From IMG/VR virus record IMGVR_UViG_3300031470_000001, positions 1 through 55,124 of that record: 55,124 nt of DNA. One strand, written 5' to 3'. Positions within the stretch are counted from its first letter, which is position 1; every line of letters begins with the position of its first letter. Of the stretch, positions 45,411-54,254 are shown in pieces. The DNA comes from a virus (lineage: Duplodnaviria > Caudoviricetes). The notes under the pieces are model-generated. The model was not told the origin of the DNA. It worked only from the letters and a program-made list of their open reading frames with translations, and did not search any database. The position numbers and the translations under genes are program-made.

Positions 45411-47999
45411 CTAAAAGCGGGTGCCATCATCGGTTTTCTCCTCGGTGAACAAGCGATTGACGTCGTTGCGGGACAGAGACGCGCCCTTAGTTCCGCTGCG
45501 AAGTGGATTGTCATTGTGACGTTCCCAAAGGTGCAGACCCTCGTCCGTCAGGGCCAGACCGGTAACCCAGCGCTCGCCGCGCGCATCGGTGTTGTCAGGG
45601 TCGCTCCAGGTCGCCACCTTGCGGAACCGTGGCCAGAAAGCCCTGCCGCCCAAGGCGCGGGCCTCATCACCATCCTGTTCCTTCTGCCAGCCGTGATAGG
45701 CGCAGAGAACATCGTTACGGCGTACCTTGGCACCGGTCCGTTTGATGATCGATGTGCGGACCCACTCGCTGACAGGGTTTGAGTCGTCCTTGAACCTTTG
45801 GATCGACGCTCTCACACTCTCCGGCAGATCGTAGCAGCCGCGGTCCAGCAAACGGCGCAGGCCTGCCAGAGCCCAATTCAGGATGCCAGGTCCTTCGATT
45901 GAAAATATGTGAGGCCCGATTGAGACCCCGCGAGGCACTCCGACCTGAATTCTCATCGCATTGGCAACGGTCTCGGAGACCTCGTTGGTCATGTCGAGGA
46001 TCAAGGATCGGTTGAAGACCGCGTCAGACGTATCCCGATTGCGCGGCAGGGCGTTCGTGGTGAGGAGAACGGGAATCGCCAGTTCGCACCCGGATACGGC
46101 CGGCAGATGCTTGCGCTCGATGTCGATCGGCTCACCGGTTATGATCGTCTTGAAGCGCTGCGGATCAAGGCTGTCGCCCTCATTGATCGCGTCGTCGCGA
46201 ATCCAGGCCGACGCGCCATAAAAAGGCGCGAGGCCGAACCGCTCCGACATTTCCGCGACAGAGGGGGTCGCGATTGGATGGCCGATTAGCAGGCGGACCA
46301 CACGGGATAGTTCCGTTTTTCCTGTCCGCGATGGACCGACGAGAATCAAAGCCTTACGCTCTTCTCGCGATAGGAGATGGACTGCGAGCGCGCCTCCAAT
46401 GAACGCCTGTATGGTCGCGACGAACTGTTCCCGCTCCGCCAGAACACGATCGGCAAACAGGCTGTCGACAAACCGTTCGAACATCGGACATACGGCGTCC
46501 GGGCGATAATCTGTTCCAATCTTGCGACGGCAGAAGAATGAAGGGCTATGCGGCACAAAGTTGCCTGTCACCGGGTCCAGCATGCCGTTCGTCGCGGCGA
46601 TCATGTCATCGGCGTTCCATTTAACGCTGCGACACAGCAGCCCGGGATGCTCCGTCAACCGCTTCCACGTCGCGTTAAGGTTGTTGGTTTTCGCAGGCTT
46701 GCCCAGCGTCTCGAAACCTTCCTGGATCATGACCGTGAGCCATTGCTTGTCCGCTGGCGTCATCGGAGCCCAGACCCCGGCGCCATAGATGAAGACATCG
46801 CCCTCTGTGAGAAGGATGTCGTGTCCCGCGGAGCGGACGGCCGCGATGACGCCATCTGCAACGATCACGGGAAGATCGACGTTGTCGCTACCCTTGGCCG
46901 ACCCTTTTGGCTTCCTTCGATTCACGAGAGCAACGACAGTGCCGCCGTTTGAAGCGACCCGATCCTCTTCCTCTTGTTCCGACCTCATTCTCAGCTCGGG
47001 ATGCTTGCGGAGCCAGCTTTCACATTGTCCTTGGATCGTACGGCGCTCGCGAGCCCAATTCCATCGTGATCCGTAGTCTCCGGCAGCGGTACGGGTCGCT
47101 TCGATCACGATGTCGACGATCTCTTCGACTGGCTTGCCTTGGCCGAGCAATGCCGCCGTGACCACGACTTGCGTTTCATGGACCGACGTCTCGTCGCCGC
47201 CCTGGTAGGTCATGGCGGCGAGCCGCTGTTCGACCTCGATCGACGGCTTGAATCCGAGCTTCGCGGCCACGGCCAGGAAAGGGTTGTCGTGCCGTGTCGG
47301 CGTCGTTCGGCGCGGTGCATCCCGGCGTGCGATTCGGGGTGAGAGCACGTCGAGCATGTCCTCGATATCGTTGACCTCGTAGCGCCGCTCGTAACCGCCC
47401 AAGGCGACCTCGACGGTCACCCATTCGCCGTGTTTGGTGTTGTGGCTGCCCGGCAGTCTCATGAGTCGGCAGACGTCGGACACCGGGTCGCCACCGACGA
47501 CGTCGGCCAAGAGGGCGTTGATGCGCTCCGCCCGCTCGATGCTGAGATCGTCGGCTTGGATCGACTCTTTCAGCAGCCAGTAGCAATGCAAGCCGTGTCC
47601 AGACCGTACCACCACGGACGGCGGGCAAGGCAACTCGCGTAGCACCTTGAACACGTCCTCGAGCGGGATCGCGATCGACTTCTCATCGATGTCCGCGTGG
47701 AACAGCGCGATCTCCGCCACGCTGCGTTTGTGGCGCACAGAGCCTTTGGGCCTCTCCGGCTGGGCATTCTCGACCAGTGTCGCGACACAGAAGAAGAGCC
47801 CGCGGCCTGGCCTGTCCCACCGCGCCACGAAGGACGCGACGTCGGCTGGGTCGCGGGACATAATACGGCGTTCGCCTACCTGGTCGGAGGCGTCGCGCTC
47901 GTTCGGGAGCGAGCACAGGAAGATCGGTTGTCCGGTCGAGGGTCCGAAGACCCCCGACAGGAACTCAATCGCTGGCTTAAATTGCTCGCCTTGCGTCAA
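45411..47999 (-). CDS. Primase-helicase (AEP/RepB-type primase + D5_N + SF3 helicase, P4-like)
   Basis: ADID, SGHGLHCYW, RLMRLPGSHN; Walker A GPSRTGKT, LLTTNALP. Confidence 0.92.
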   Translation of the reverse strand: MTQGEQFKPAIEFLSGVFGPSTGQPIFLCSLPNERDASDQVGERRIMSRDPADVASFVARWDRPGRGLFFCVATLVENAQPERPKGSVRHKRSVAEIALFHADIDEKSIAIPLEDVFKVLRELPCPPSVVVRSGHGLHCYWLLKESIQADDLSIERAERINALLADVVGGDPVSDVCRLMRLPGSHNTKHGEWVTVEVALGGYERRYEVNDIEDMLDVLSPRIARRDAPRRTTPTRHDNPFLAVAAKLGFKPSIEVEQRLAAMTYQGGDETSVHETQVVVTAALLGQGKPVEEIVDIVIEATRTAAGDYGSRWNWARERRTIQGQCESWLRKHPELRMRSEQEEEDRVASNGGTVVALVNRRKPKGSAKGSDNVDLPVIVADGVIAAVRSAGHDILLTEGDVFIYGAGVWAPMTPADKQWLTVMIQEGFETLGKPAKTNNLNATWKRLTEHPGLLCRSVKWNADDMIAATNGMLDPVTGNFVPHSPSFFCRRKIGTDYRPDAVCPMFERFVDSLFADRVLAEREQFVATIQAFIGGALAVHLLSREERKALILVGPSRTGKTELSRVVRLLIGHPIATPSVAEMSERFGLAPFYGASAWIRDDAINEGDSLDPQRFKTIITGEPIDIERKHLPAVSGCELAIPVLLTTNALPRNRDTSDAVFNRSLILDMTNEVSETVANAMRIQVGVPRGVSIGPHIFSIEGPGILNWALAGLRRLLDRGCYDLPESVRASIQRFKDDSNPVSEWVRTSIIKRTGAKVRRNDVLCAYHGWQKEQDGDEARALGGRAFWPRFRKVATWSDPDNTDARGERWVTGLALTDEGLHLWERHNDNPLRSGTKGASLSRNDVNRLFTEEKTDDGTRF

Positions 48000-48002
48000 G
48001 GT

Positions 48003-48767
48003 TTAGAACCGCGTCTCGGCTGTGCCAGCGGTTTTGGTGCCTTTTCCGCTCTTCATCGGTGTGGCTGGCGCTTCCTCCCGCCCTGGCACTTCCTCCTGCT
48101 CCTTCTCCGCCTTGCGATCGGCTTCAGCGTCTGCTGCCTCACCCGCGACCGCCGTCATGGTGGCCGACTTGTTCACCCAACCGATGATCTGCAGCACCGG
48201 CACCTTGATGCGGCCGTAGCTCTTGACCTTGTGCATGTAGCTGTCGACCGCGAGCTCGACGATCGGGAACTCGTCGGGCTTCTGCCGGCTGTGCTTGCCA
48301 TACTCGCCGCAGAGTGCCGCGACGACGTTGCGGCCGCCCGCCGAGGAGGGGGCGTAGGTGTAGAGATCCTGCCCTTCCGCCGCCTTCAGGATGAGGTAGG
48401 ACGTCATTTGCCAGGGATCGCGCGGCTTGCCTTGATCGTCGGTGTCCCAAACCCCCTGATCGACGTCGCCGAGGTCGCGGCGCGCCGGCATGACGAACCC
48501 ATCCTTGACCCTGCCCATCCGCATGTCGACGACTTTGCTGTCCTCCCATTTCAGATAGCCGACTATCACCTCCTCGACGGCGGCGACGAGCTTGGTTCCG
48601 AGTTTCAGTTCGTCATTGTCCTGTCCGACGAGCCAGTCTCCCTTGTTGAACCGCAACAAATTGCCGACGATACGGTTTTTTTTCATCTCATCGGCGTATG
48701 TCTCGAAGAAGTTCTTGTTCGATGCCGCAGTGAGACTTTCGTTATGCGTTTCGATTAAAGCGTTCAT
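48003..48767 (-). CDS. Probable ssDNA-binding/recombination protein
   Basis: LLRFNKGDW, DPWQ, SY.HK..YGRI.VP; charged tail; lies between exonuclease and primase. Confidence 0.6.
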   Translation of the reverse strand: MNALIETHNESLTAASNKNFFETYADEMKKNRIVGNLLRFNKGDWLVGQDNDELKLGTKLVAAVEEVIVGYLKWEDSKVVDMRMGRVKDGFVMPARRDLGDVDQGVWDTDDQGKPRDPWQMTSYLILKAAEGQDLYTYAPSSAGGRNVVAALCGEYGKHSRQKPDEFPIVELAVDSYMHKVKSYGRIKVPVLQIIGWVNKSATMTAVAGEAADAEADRKAEKEQEEVPGREEAPATPMKSGKGTKTAGTAETRF

Positions 48768-48790
48768 GATTTTAGCTCCTGGTTAGCCAT

Positions 48791-49015
48791 TCAGGCTGGT
48801 CTGTGCAGACGATGCTGCATCACTGACTTTCGTCCGTGACTTTGAAGAGCGGCGATTGTGTTTCCGCTTCGCAGATTGCTTTTGTCAACACTGGTTATGT
48901 TACCGCAATCACATTGGCACTGCCACATGCTCTTATATCTCGGTCGAACCTCCGATAGTTGAATAGCAACCAACCTCCCAAATCGGTGATCTGTTATATC
49001 AAGGGACTTAGCCAT
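48791..49015 (-). pseudogene. Truncated HNH/AP2-type homing endonuclease remnant
   Basis: DITDHRFGRLVA...WQCQCDCGN...NLRSGNT, then ends without a catalytic domain; low GC. Confidence 0.75.
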
Positions 49016-50069
49016 GTGTGCTGCTCCCATGCAATGTCAGTCTGTCTGAGGGATCGCCAATCTTCTTGAAGGATGACAGGTCGATACCGGCGGCCTCGGC
49101 CACTGCTCTGATCGCCTTGTCGTCCCACGACTGCCGCCCTTTGACAGAACTCCAACTTACGACGCCCGGAAGCCCTTTTGATCCGGCCCCCTCCAAAGCG
49201 TCGCGAATTCTTTCCTTGTGCTGGGCGATTTCTGCTTCCAGCATCTCGACGTCGGCTGCCTTGCCCTTGGCGAGCGCGGCTTGCTGTGTCACCAGCGACG
49301 CCACGTCTGCTGGTATGTCGACGACGTCCTTCGGAACCCGCGCGGCGCGAACCGTCCCGCATTGCCGCGTGAAGGGGCACCACCCGCAGTCCGCGCCGCC
49401 CGCCATGATGCCTTCAGGTCGCAGATCCTTGCCGTGAGCCGCCGTCATGATCTGCCGTGCCCGATCCTTCGCGGTCTCGTAAACGGTGGGATCGAACCGC
49501 ACTGTGAATTCCGTGACGCGGTCCAGGAACGACGCGTCGATGTAGGAGATCACCGCATAGCCGGGCCGAAAGTTCGTGGTCTCCCGGATCAACCCCATCT
49601 GCACCTGGACTTGGAAGACGTTCTCGGGCTTTGGACCGGTGAGCCGCGTCCGTGGATCGATGCTCTTGCAGTCGAGGTCGATCGCGTCACCTTCGATATC
49701 GGCGACGCCGAGATGCGCCAGGGCGTCGCGCGGTTGCTCGATCAGCAACCCGTCTGGTGTTGCCGACAGAAAACCGGACGTGAAGGTGCGTTGCTCGTCT
49801 CCGGTGAATAATGCCGCCGCACCGAACCTCGCGCGGATCGCCGGCACGAACAGGTGATCCTCGATCAGGTTCCCGCGCCGCGCCGCCCCCCAACTGTCTT
49901 CGAAATCATCATCCTGATCGACGCGAGAAACGGGGTCGTCCATAGTCTTCGAGAATGCGACCCTCCGAGCGCACATCCCGATTTCCGATGCGCCAACCGT
50001 TTGGCTTCGGTCGGTCTGCCATTCCCGGCGTGAGGACGCCGCATAGGCGTCGAGGGCTGTCTTGATCAT
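49008..50069 (-). CDS. PD-(D/E)XK exonuclease, Cas4/AddB-like
   Basis: ASEIGMC.R, ATPDG, DCKS, QVQVQM, C-terminal CGWCPFTRQC. Confidence 0.85.
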   Translation of the reverse strand: MIKTALDAYAASSRREWQTDRSQTVGASEIGMCARRVAFSKTMDDPVSRVDQDDDFEDSWGAARRGNLIEDHLFVPAIRARFGAAALFTGDEQRTFTSGFLSATPDGLLIEQPRDALAHLGVADIEGDAIDLDCKSIDPRTRLTGPKPENVFQVQVQMGLIRETTNFRPGYAVISYIDASFLDRVTEFTVRFDPTVYETAKDRARQIMTAAHGKDLRPEGIMAGGADCGWCPFTRQCGTVRAARVPKDVVDIPADVASLVTQQAALAKGKAADVEMLEAEIAQHKERIRDALEGAGSKGLPGVVSWSSVKGRQSWDDKAIRAVAEAAGIDLSSFKKIGDPSDRLTLHGSSTHG

Positions 50070-50539
50070 CGGACGCCTACCAAATCTCTGATGATATGGA
50101 AGGCCTTGGGGGGCTCATCCCACAGTGCGTCGTCGAAGCGTTCGAAGCCTTCCTTGACCCTTAGATTTCCGATGCCTATGGCGACGATTTCCAAGACCGC
50201 GTGACGGACATCCTCGGGCGCGGCACGTATCCAGGCCGCGCGCTCAATGAAAGTGATGAGGGCCGGAGCGCTCGACAGCGTCATGGTCCGCAAGAAAGTC
50301 ATTAGTCCTTTGATCTCCTTGCCATGAGGTCCGGCCATCAGTTCGGTGCGCTGTTGCTTTTTCCCGGCCCGCCACATCCGTTCCAGCACTTCGTCCTCGT
50401 CGATCTGTTTTTCCGCCTTGGTCCTGGCACGGGTCTGTGTGGCCTTTGCCACGGAGTTCTCCTGACCGCGCTGCCATTGCGGCTTGACCGCTTCGGCGTA
50501 GGCGTCGAAAGGATTGAGGCCGCTCACGGCGTCATTCAT
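50066..50539 (-). CDS. Hypothetical protein
   Basis: ATGA-coupled on both sides. Confidence 0.7.
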   Translation of the reverse strand: MNDAVSGLNPFDAYAEAVKPQWQRGQENSVAKATQTRARTKAEKQIDEDEVLERMWRAGKKQQRTELMAGPHGKEIKGLMTFLRTMTLSSAPALITFIERAAWIRAAPEDVRHAVLEIVAIGIGNLRVKEGFERFDDALWDEPPKAFHIIRDLVGVR

Positions 50540-50910
50540 TGATTCACCGCCTTGGTCACGCCCCAGGCTTTGCACTGAGCGATGGCTTCGGTTTTCGAGA
50601 AGACTACGGCGCAAGGCGCGCCTAATTCTTGAGCTTCTCGTGCGAACTTCTTCTGTTCGATGTCGACGTGGCCGTCAGGTGCTTTGACCTCGATGTAATA
50701 CGTCATGCCTCGGGTCGGGCCATGTTGTGCGATAAACATGAGATCTGGCACACCGGCTTTGACACCTAAGGTCTTGAGCTTTCTGGCTTCGAGCTTGTGC
50801 CGCGAACCGCCGTTAGCGCAGTGCCAGACAAGTGGCGACACGTTCTCGCGAATCCAGACCAGCACCGAAACCTGGACAGAGTTCTCGGTTTTGCGAGGCG
50901 TTGCCGTCAT
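50536..50910 (-). CDS. VRR-NUC domain nuclease
   Basis: HCANGG.R, GVKAGVPDL, IEVKAPDG....EQ. Confidence 0.9.
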   Translation of the reverse strand: MTATPRKTENSVQVSVLVWIRENVSPLVWHCANGGSRHKLEARKLKTLGVKAGVPDLMFIAQHGPTRGMTYYIEVKAPDGHVDIEQKKFAREAQELGAPCAVVFSKTEAIAQCKAWGVTKAVNQ

Positions 50911-51443
50911 GCCCGCGCTCCGTCGAGGAACCGCACCCGCGCCAGCGACACCACGGCGTCACCGACCCGGCGCTCGACCACTGCGATGCCAAAGCTCTCC
51001 GCGAGCCCGGCCGGCCGCTCCGGCGGAGGCGCGACCGGCTCCTGTTCCTCGACCCTCGCCAGGGCGTAGCGGTCGCCCGGCACCGGCACGATCGACCCCT
51101 CTGGCAGCCGGACGCGCAGGCTCGACAGTCGCTGTCGTGTGGCCCTGGCGTAGCTCGCTGGAGGCCGGCCGGCGTAGGTTACTGCGGCAATCTCATCGAC
51201 GGTCAGGCCCCGGTCCCCTGCATCGGTCAAAGCCCGGTACAGAACAGTCATCAGGCCAGGTGGCACAGCGCCGTCGCCATCGACGGTCGGCGGTCGCGCG
51301 GGGATGAGCCCGCGGTGCGTATGCCAAAGGTGCCAGACCTGGTTCCGGGTGATGCCGTGCCGCGCCGCGATGGCGGCCGCCGTCATGGACCATCGAGCCG
51401 AGCATACGGCCGTGATGAGGGCCGGCGGGAACAGCGTGCTCAC
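50907..51443 (-). CDS. HTH protein (GcrA-like N-terminus plus winged helix)
   Basis: TAAAIAARHGITRNQV; LTVDEIAAVTY...LSSLRVRL. Confidence 0.6.
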   Translation of the reverse strand: MSTLFPPALITAVCSARWSMTAAAIAARHGITRNQVWHLWHTHRGLIPARPPTVDGDGAVPPGLMTVLYRALTDAGDRGLTVDEIAAVTYAGRPPASYARATRQRLSSLRVRLPEGSIVPVPGDRYALARVEEQEPVAPPPERPAGLAESFGIAVVERRVGDAVVSLARVRFLDGARA

Positions 51444-51745
51444 GGCCTCGTCTCCCCGTCCGCCACTTGCCTTGTCCAGGCGCCCCGGCGTTCCGTCCCA
51501 GGTGCCGGCTGCGGCCCCGCCGCCCGAACGGCCGCGGACCGCTGCGCCGCGCGGATGTCCCGGAACGCCTCGGGATGCGACCGCGCCAGGACGTCTCGCG
51601 CTTCGTCGATCTGGAACTTGCGCTCCCGTAAGGCTCGGAAGGCGTCGATCAATCCCAAGGTGATGGTCTCGGGTCGCGCCTCGACCTCGACGTCATGGCC
51701 GTTGGCACGGAGGGGAGCGCAGGAGGCGCCGCCGCTGGTGCTCAT
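51440..51745 (-). CDS. Hypothetical protein
   Basis: Start/stop-coupled in the operon. Confidence 0.55.
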   Translation of the reverse strand: MSTSGGASCAPLRANGHDVEVEARPETITLGLIDAFRALRERKFQIDEARDVLARSHPEAFRDIRAAQRSAAVRAAGPQPAPGTERRGAWTRQVADGETRP

Positions 51746-52338
51746 GGGCGTGGATCCCGAAGCCAGCCGCCTTGGTACGTGGAGACCTTCGGCGCCTTCA
51801 GGTCCCACACGAGCCAGCACCAGTCCGCCGTTCCTCCCTTGGCCTCGTGTCCGGCTGCAAGGTGAGCACCAGGTGGGCAGGACGGTCGCTTGGCGTGGAT
51901 CCAGACCCGATGGGGGCAGTGCTCTGCGAACAGGCCTTCTGCCCGTCTCTGGCTCGCCAAGAACTTGACGTCGGTGAAGACCGCCACCTTATCCGATGCG
52001 ATCGTAAGCGCTTTGCGGATGAAAGCCTCGGTGCCGACCGCGCGAAAGAACGGTGGATTGGTGATGATGCTTCGAACATGTTCCGGGCCGCGACCTGTCA
52101 GAAAGTCTAGCGGACCGCACCACCAAGCTTCATCATCGTCGGATCGTTCGACGATGTCCGATCCAACTGTGGTTAAACCTGTCGCCCTGACGGCGCGACA
52201 GATGTTCCCGCTGCCGCAAGCCGGATCCCAGACCGGTCCGGTGAATGTTTCATGCCTCAGTAGAAGTGCGGTGGCCCATTGCGGCTCAACGTAGAACTCG
52301 TCTTGGATGCGTGGGTGTAGCTTGACGGCAGCGCTCAT
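51742..52338 (-). CDS. Orphan DNA N6-adenine methyltransferase
   Basis: VWDPACGSG (motif I), IITNPPF (motif IV). Confidence 0.85.
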   Translation of the reverse strand: MSAAVKLHPRIQDEFYVEPQWATALLLRHETFTGPVWDPACGSGNICRAVRATGLTTVGSDIVERSDDDEAWWCGPLDFLTGRGPEHVRSIITNPPFFRAVGTEAFIRKALTIASDKVAVFTDVKFLASQRRAEGLFAEHCPHRVWIHAKRPSCPPGAHLAAGHEAKGGTADWCWLVWDLKAPKVSTYQGGWLRDPRP

Positions 52339-52469
52339 GAGCGTGCCTCGAATGCCACCGAGCGCCGCATCCAAGCCTCGTAAGCCCTCACATGCGCGTC
52401 GGCTCGCCTCAGCCGAACCCCGGCCAGCCAGACACAGAACAGCCCCATGATGCGGTTTGCGCTCTTCAT
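52335..52469 (-). CDS. 44-aa hypothetical protein (not in ORF track)
   Basis: MKSANRIMGLFCVWLAGV...; ATGA-coupled on both sides. Confidence 0.6.
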   Translation of the reverse strand: MKSANRIMGLFCVWLAGVRLRRADAHVRAYEAWMRRSVAFEARS

Positions 52470-52810
52470 GGGCGGTACTCCGCGATCCTGGCCTTGATGC
52501 GTTCAGCCTCGGCTTCAAGTTTTGCCTGTTGCTCGACGAGGGCCGCGCGTTCCAGCGATGGGCACGGAAATGCCGCCGCGAAGAAGTCGATGCCGTAGGC
52601 GAAATAGAGTCGCCCCATGTGCATGCAGCTCGGCGCGCTGTTGCGCTCCAGCCATTTGCTGATCGTCGCCGGGGCTATGCCGGTGTCGGACGCAACCTGC
52701 TTCGCCGTTATGAAAGGATGGCGCCTGCGCAAGAAGGCGTTGATGCGATCCGCGACAATTGTCGCATCCCTGGCCCCAACTAGGCGCTTCTGTAGCCCAG
52801 ACTGTCGCAT
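52466..52810 (-). CDS. HTH regulator, CII-like position
   Basis: TAKQVASDTGIAPATISKWL HTH; C-terminal coiled coil; start uncertain. Confidence 0.7.
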   Translation of the reverse strand: MRQSGLQKRLVGARDATIVADRINAFLRRRHPFITAKQVASDTGIAPATISKWLERNSAPSCMHMGRLYFAYGIDFFAAAFPCPSLERAALVEQQAKLEAEAERIKARIAEYRP

Positions 52811-53073
52811 GTCTTGCTCCGATGATGTGTGCATCGGAAACGGGCTTGCGGAGGCCGTATTGGAAGCTAAGCGGATCACCTATTGCCTCCCTGAGACGGA
52901 GGAACAGCTTGAGCTCTGGACAACAATCGGTGACGCAGCGCAAACCTTGGTCGGAGAAGCGCAGCGAAACCGGACACTGGAAAGATCGCCCCCACCGCAG
53001 GAAGCGGAACCATCCGCGGCAGGGGCTACACGGGACGGGGCCAGCCGCCGCGCGATTGGTGAACAGTGGCCCA

Positions 53074-53178
53074 TCACTCGCCGTCCTCAAAGCAGGCGAA
53101 GGCTATCGTGATAGCGATGGCCGCAATCACACCGACGAGCAGCACCACGACCAGACGTTCGACGACGTCGGGGTTCAT
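53074..53178 (-). CDS. 34-aa single-TM peptide (not in ORF track)
   Basis: MNPDVVERLVVVLLVGVIAAIAITIAFACFEDGE; ATGA-coupled. Confidence 0.6.
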   Translation of the reverse strand: MNPDVVERLVVVLLVGVIAAIAITIAFACFEDGE

Positions 53179-53327
53179 GGCCGATGCCTTTCCAGGCAGC
53201 CGTCCAGGAACAGGCCGAACTCCAGGACGCCGAAAAACGTGTTTCCGTAGTCAAGCCAGACGTTTCGCGACCCCGCGGCAAGACATGCCGCAAATATCGC
53301 CGCGGTAACGAGGTTGACCCACCTCAT
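53175..53327 (-). CDS. 50-aa hydrophobic peptide (not in ORF track)
   Basis: MRWVNLVTAAIFAACLAAGSRN...; ATGA-coupled. Confidence 0.55.
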   Translation of the reverse strand: MRWVNLVTAAIFAACLAAGSRNVWLDYGNTFFGVLEFGLFLDGCLERHRP

Positions 53328-53431
53328 GGCAGCCGCCTCGCGCGGCGCTCAAACACAAGGCCGATCCACACCACCTCGGCAAAGACCATGAGCAGCAAAG
53401 CGGCGATGCCGAGCGAGTCGAGGAGGTTCAT
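53324..53431 (-). CDS. 35-aa single-TM peptide
   Basis: MNLLDSLGIAALLLMVFAEVVWIGLVFERRARRLP; ATGA-coupled. Confidence 0.6.
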   Translation of the reverse strand: MNLLDSLGIAALLLMVFAEVVWIGLVFERRARRLP

Positions 53432-53667
53432 CGGGGCGCGCCCGGTCGCATTGTGGGGTCGACCACGATCCGGATGGCGTCGAGCCTGTTGAGGCCCTTC
53501 CGGCGCCATCCGTTGACGCGCCGCTCTTCATCGCCGTCGAGGCGGATGACCCTTGATGCGCGCGTCGCCTGCCTGGGAACGGCTGCCAGCTTCGCGGCGA
53601 GCACGCGGTCTCGGCACGTGATGCGGTGTTGGCGCATGAAGGCGGCTTGGGAGGGCGTAAGGCTCAT
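53428..53667 (-). CDS. Basic hypothetical protein
   Basis: Start MSLTPSQ; ATGA-coupled. Confidence 0.6.
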   Translation of the reverse strand: MSLTPSQAAFMRQHRITCRDRVLAAKLAAVPRQATRASRVIRLDGDEERRVNGWRRKGLNRLDAIRIVVDPTMRPGAPR

Positions 53668-53888
53668 CGGTGGTGCCTCGCATGCACCGTCATGGCCGGC
53701 CCGCTTTCGAGCCCGGCATGGCTCGCGATCGACGGCGTGGGGGGGACGATCCGGTGGCCATCCTCGGCGCGGCAATCGACGCAGCGCAGGAACGACATGC
53801 CGGGGCGGTCGTGGCACGGGGGCAGCACGTGCAGCACCATCGGGGAGCCGCAGGACGGGCAGGACTGGAGCGTGGTGAAGTCGGTCAT
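53664..53888 (-). CDS. Small zinc-ribbon-like protein
   Basis: CPSCG...CVDC; ATGA-coupled to cro. Confidence 0.6.
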   Translation of the reverse strand: MTDFTTLQSCPSCGSPMVLHVLPPCHDRPGMSFLRCVDCRAEDGHRIVPPTPSIASHAGLESGPAMTVHARHHR

Positions 53889-54169
53889 ACCGTCGCTCCC
53901 GCGGGCTCGGGGGCGGGCTGGGCGGGGTCGGCGGGGGCGGCGGGGGCTGGGCGGGCAATCTCAATCGGCCACTCGACATCTGCAGGCCAGTTTTCAGAGA
54001 ACCACAACATGGCGCGCTCGAAGCGGCTCAATTGGATGTCCTTGCCGTCCGCCAAGGCTTGCAGCTTTCGCGTGTCCTCAAACACGCGCCAGCTCACGAT
54101 TGATCGCGTCGTTTCCTCGGCTACCCGGTAGGCTTCGGCAACTGTGAGAAGGGCTTCTTTTCCGGTCAT
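53885..54169 (-). CDS. Cro-like regulator
   Basis: LL.VAEAY...VSWRVFED..KL..L..G.DI...RFERAMLWFSENWP; divergent from cI. Confidence 0.8.
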   Translation of the reverse strand: MTGKEALLTVAEAYRVAEETTRSIVSWRVFEDTRKLQALADGKDIQLSRFERAMLWFSENWPADVEWPIEIARPAPAAPADPAQPAPEPAGATV

Positions 54170-54175
54170 GCTCCT

Positions 54176-54252
54176 TTTATCGGTAGTTCTACCGGAGAAG
54201 TCAACGGCGATTTTACCGGATGCACCCTCGCTAGGAACCGGTCATCCTACCG
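54176..54252. promoter_or_regulatory. Lysis/lysogeny switch: three 14-bp operators and divergent promoters
   Basis: CGGTAGTTCTACCG (54181-54194), CGGCGATTTTACCG (54205-54218), CGGTCATCCTACCG (54239-54252); minus-strand TTGACT-17-GATAAA. Confidence 0.8.
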
Positions 54253-54254
54253 GG

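Noticed and set aside
49008-50069. Cas4-like nuclease as evidence of CRISPR-Cas
   Set aside because: No repeat-spacer array or other cas genes seen; context is phage recombination/replication
351-52518. Many long plus-strand or alternate-frame ORFs (e.g. 11819..13075, 14531..15667, 47697..48758, 50832..51968)
   Set aside because: Shadow ORFs of high-GC genes; no motifs, and they overlap well-supported CDSs
52880-53077. 65-aa ORF MMGHCSP
   Set aside because: Start is coupled to the upstream stop but composition is not protein-like; may be a regulatory spacer before the CII-like gene
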